Shown: positions 20,992 through 22,420 of the stretch, one piece after another | How positions within the stretch are numbered: the stretch's first letter is position 1 | How the letters are laid out: each line of letters opens with the position of its first letter | IMG/VR virus record: IMGVR_UViG_3300009974_000001 | Strand: one strand, 5' to 3' | DNA from: a virus | Length of the DNA stretch: 22,420 bases | Notes under the pieces: model-generated | What the model saw: the letters and a program-made list of their open reading frames with translations, nothing else | What the model was told of the DNA's origin: nothing | Databases searched by the model: none | Made by a program: the position numbers and the translations under genes

Positions 20992-21041
20992 AGTATAGAC
21001 TCTAATCCATGTGATGTTTGTCACATACAACAGACTATACT
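20992..21041. promoter_or_regulatory. Dyad-symmetric control region: back-to-back TATACT boxes flanking the palindrome atgtga-N6-tcacat
   Basis: agtatagact (20992-21001) and agactatact (21032-21041) form a 9/10 inverted repeat. The central palindrome arms are 21009-21014 and 21021-21026. Confidence 0.5.
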
Positions 21042-21113
21042 CATAGTCCTGTATACTGTACTCATAGCCAGGGGTCTCCTAGCTATCTGTGTTAGGCGCT
21101 TCGCGCCGTTAGG

Positions 21114-21157
21114 GAAAGCCTCTTAGTCACTTACCTCATTCCGACTAAGAGGCTTTT
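21114..21157. terminator. Strong hairpin with A-tract and T-tract flanks, between the control region and the packaging genes
   Basis: gaaagcctcttagtc (21114-21128) pairs with gactaagaggctttt (21143-21157), with a 14-nt loop. Confidence 0.6.
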
Positions 21158-21226
21158 CCATTACCACCATTCATCTTAGATAGTGTATACTGATACTAAC
21201 ACAGAAACCAAACCAAGGAGACTACA

Positions 21227-21346
21227 ATGGCTATCAAGAAGATCGACATTCTCATGGACCAGGCACTAAAGACCCCTGAAGGACGAAAGGTCATTGCTGA
21301 GAAGCTTAGAAAGGAATTGCGTAGAAATGGGACAAACGTCAGATAA
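21227..21346 (+). CDS. 39-aa basic microprotein, first ORF of the late operon
   Basis: SD aaggaga lies 6 nt upstream. Hand translation: MAIKKIDILMDQALKTPEGRKVIAEKLRKELRRNGTNVR. It overlaps the terS start by 20 nt. Confidence 0.45.
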   Translation: MAIKKIDILMDQALKTPEGRKVIAEKLRKELRRNGTNVR

Positions 21347-21773
21347 GTCAACAGATGCTGACAGCTCTGCTATCAATCCACGCAGACCTTTGTCAAACCC
21401 GTGGACTCGGGGACAGCTAATTGCTGATCTCGCCACTGGTGAGTACACACAGACATTCCTGGCATCCAAGTATGGAGTAACACCTGGAGCGATTAGTCAG
21501 TTCAATAAGCGATACTCTCCTCAAGTTGAAGAACGTAGAGAACGTCTGTTGGATGAATATCAGGATCTGTGGATCGCTACCAAGTACAACCGTTTGGCAG
21601 CCCTTCAGACACTTGCTGAGGAGCTATCGGATGACGAGACTACTCCACGTACCGCAGAGGTGATTGATCGTCTCCTGCGTTCAGCAGCAGAAGAGTTGGG
21701 AGATCTGGAGACCAAGATCTCTGTAGACGTAGCTGAGTATCGCATTACAGGAATTGATCTAGACAAACTATAG
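21327..21773 (+). CDS. Small terminase subunit (148 aa from the first ATG)
   Basis: It lies upstream of terL. The N-terminal HTH-like segment is WTRGQLIADLATGEYTQTFLASKYGVTPGAISQFNKR, followed by a helical region. The track start at 21294 is a TTG. Confidence 0.65.
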   Translation: MGQTSDKSTDADSSAINPRRPLSNPWTRGQLIADLATGEYTQTFLASKYGVTPGAISQFNKRYSPQVEERRERLLDEYQDLWIATKYNRLAALQTLAEELSDDETTPRTAEVIDRLLRSAAEELGDLETKISVDVAEYRITGIDLDKL

Positions 21774-21781
21774 GAGTATTG

Positions 21782-21943
21782 ATGCCACCACGTAAGAAGA
21801 CAGAAGTAAAGCCAGAGCCCGTAGAAACACCTGTGGTCTTTGGTAATGAGAAGACTGCTCTTACATCTCTTGCCCGCCTATTGCACCGTAAGGGCGTACT
21901 GGACAAGGATGAATTCGAGAGAGTAATTACTGAACTTGGATAG
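21782..21943 (+). CDS. 53-aa protein between terS and terL
   Basis: SD taggag is upstream. Hand translation: MPPRKKTEVKPEPVETPVVFGNEKTALTSLARLLHRKGVLDKDEFERVITELG. Confidence 0.45.
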   Translation: MPPRKKTEVKPEPVETPVVFGNEKTALTSLARLLHRKGVLDKDEFERVITELG

Positions 21944-21960
21944 TAGAAAGGAAATCGGGA

Positions 21961-22420
21961 ATGGAATACGTACACCACTATCAGCCTTTTGGTAATGCGA
22001 TTGAACTGTTCTATTCCCGTGATCCTGAAGTCCTCTATGAGGGCGCAGCAGGAACGGGTAAGTCGAGAGCATGTATCGAGAAGCTACATCTGTTGGCCAT
22101 GAAGTATCCCAACGCACGTATCCTCATGGTACGTAAGACACTCGTATCGCTCTCTGGTTCTGGTATCCAGACCTATGAACAGCATGTGGCGAGGGAACAT
22201 CTGGCTACAGGAGAAGTACAGTTCTTCGGTGGGTCCACTAGGGAACCCGCGTCATACCGTTATAAGAATGGCAGCCGTATCGTTCTTGGTGGAATGGATA
22301 AAGCCCTCAAGGTAATGTCCACTGAATACGATGTCATCTATGTACAGGAAGCAACAGAGCTTACCGAGAATGACTGGGAGTCATTGACTACTCGTCTTCG
22401 TAATGGGCGTATTCCATATC
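21961..22420 (+). CDS. Large terminase subunit, N-terminal ATPase part (runs off the window end and continues at base 124 after overlap merging)
   Basis: Hand translation: MEYVHHYQPFGNAIELFYSRDPEVLYEGAAGTGKSRACIEK..., with Walker A GAAGTGKS. It is in phase with 18-962 through the overlap. Confidence 0.9.
   Translation, partial: MEYVHHYQPFGNAIELFYSRDPEVLYEGAAGTGKSRACIEKLHLLAMKYPNARILMVRKTLVSLSGSGIQTYEQHVAREHLATGEVQFFGGSTREPASYRYKNGSRIVLGGMDKALKVMSTEYDVIYVQEATELTENDWESLTTRLRNGRIPY
22298..22420. repeat. Terminal overlap copy 2, identical to 1-123
   Basis: Direct comparison of the two window ends. Confidence 0.95.

Noticed and set aside
21193-21201. Minus-strand TGTTAGTAT extended -10-like motif that could drive a leftward RNA into the 21114-21157 hairpin
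   Set aside because: A TGnTAnnnT-level match is expected dozens of times by chance in this window. There is no supporting strand-specific terminator asymmetry, so it is not called.

Overview
The window is one complete, self-closing tailed-phage (siphovirus-like) genome. Bases 1-123 are identical to 22298-22420, so the unit length is 22,297 bp. The junction falls inside the large terminase gene, which therefore appears as two fragments (21961-22420 and 1-962). About 19.3 kb on the + strand is a packaging, head, neck, tail and tail-tip module. It contains terS, terL, an HK97-type portal, a ClpP-like protease, an HK97-fold capsid protein, connector proteins, two tail-tube paralogs, G/GT chaperones with a canonical -1 slippery site, a tape measure protein and a 1422-aa tail-tip protein. 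Two HNH-family nuclease genes are inserted in this module. A short terminator-bracketed membrane-protein and zinc-ribbon cassette follows. About 2.7 kb on the - strand holds all the non-structural genes: a winged-HTH regulator, a Rep-like HTH protein with internal DNA repeats, an RHH regulator, three microproteins and a lipoprotein-like protein. I recognise no endolysin, integrase, polymerase, primase, helicase, tRNA or CRISPR array. Several small proteins resemble actinobacteriophage families from memory, so an actinobacterial host is a low-confidence guess. The most interesting signal is in the - strand module. A perfect extended -10 promoter and a strand-specific terminator on the opposite strand sit in the 55-nt gap between the wHTH and rep genes, predicting a countertranscript of about 43 nt. 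Four iteron-like repeats and an AT-rich tract lie inside rep. Together these look like a plasmid-style replication and copy-control system in a minimal phage. All calls come from reading the sequence and from recalled family motifs; no searches were run.
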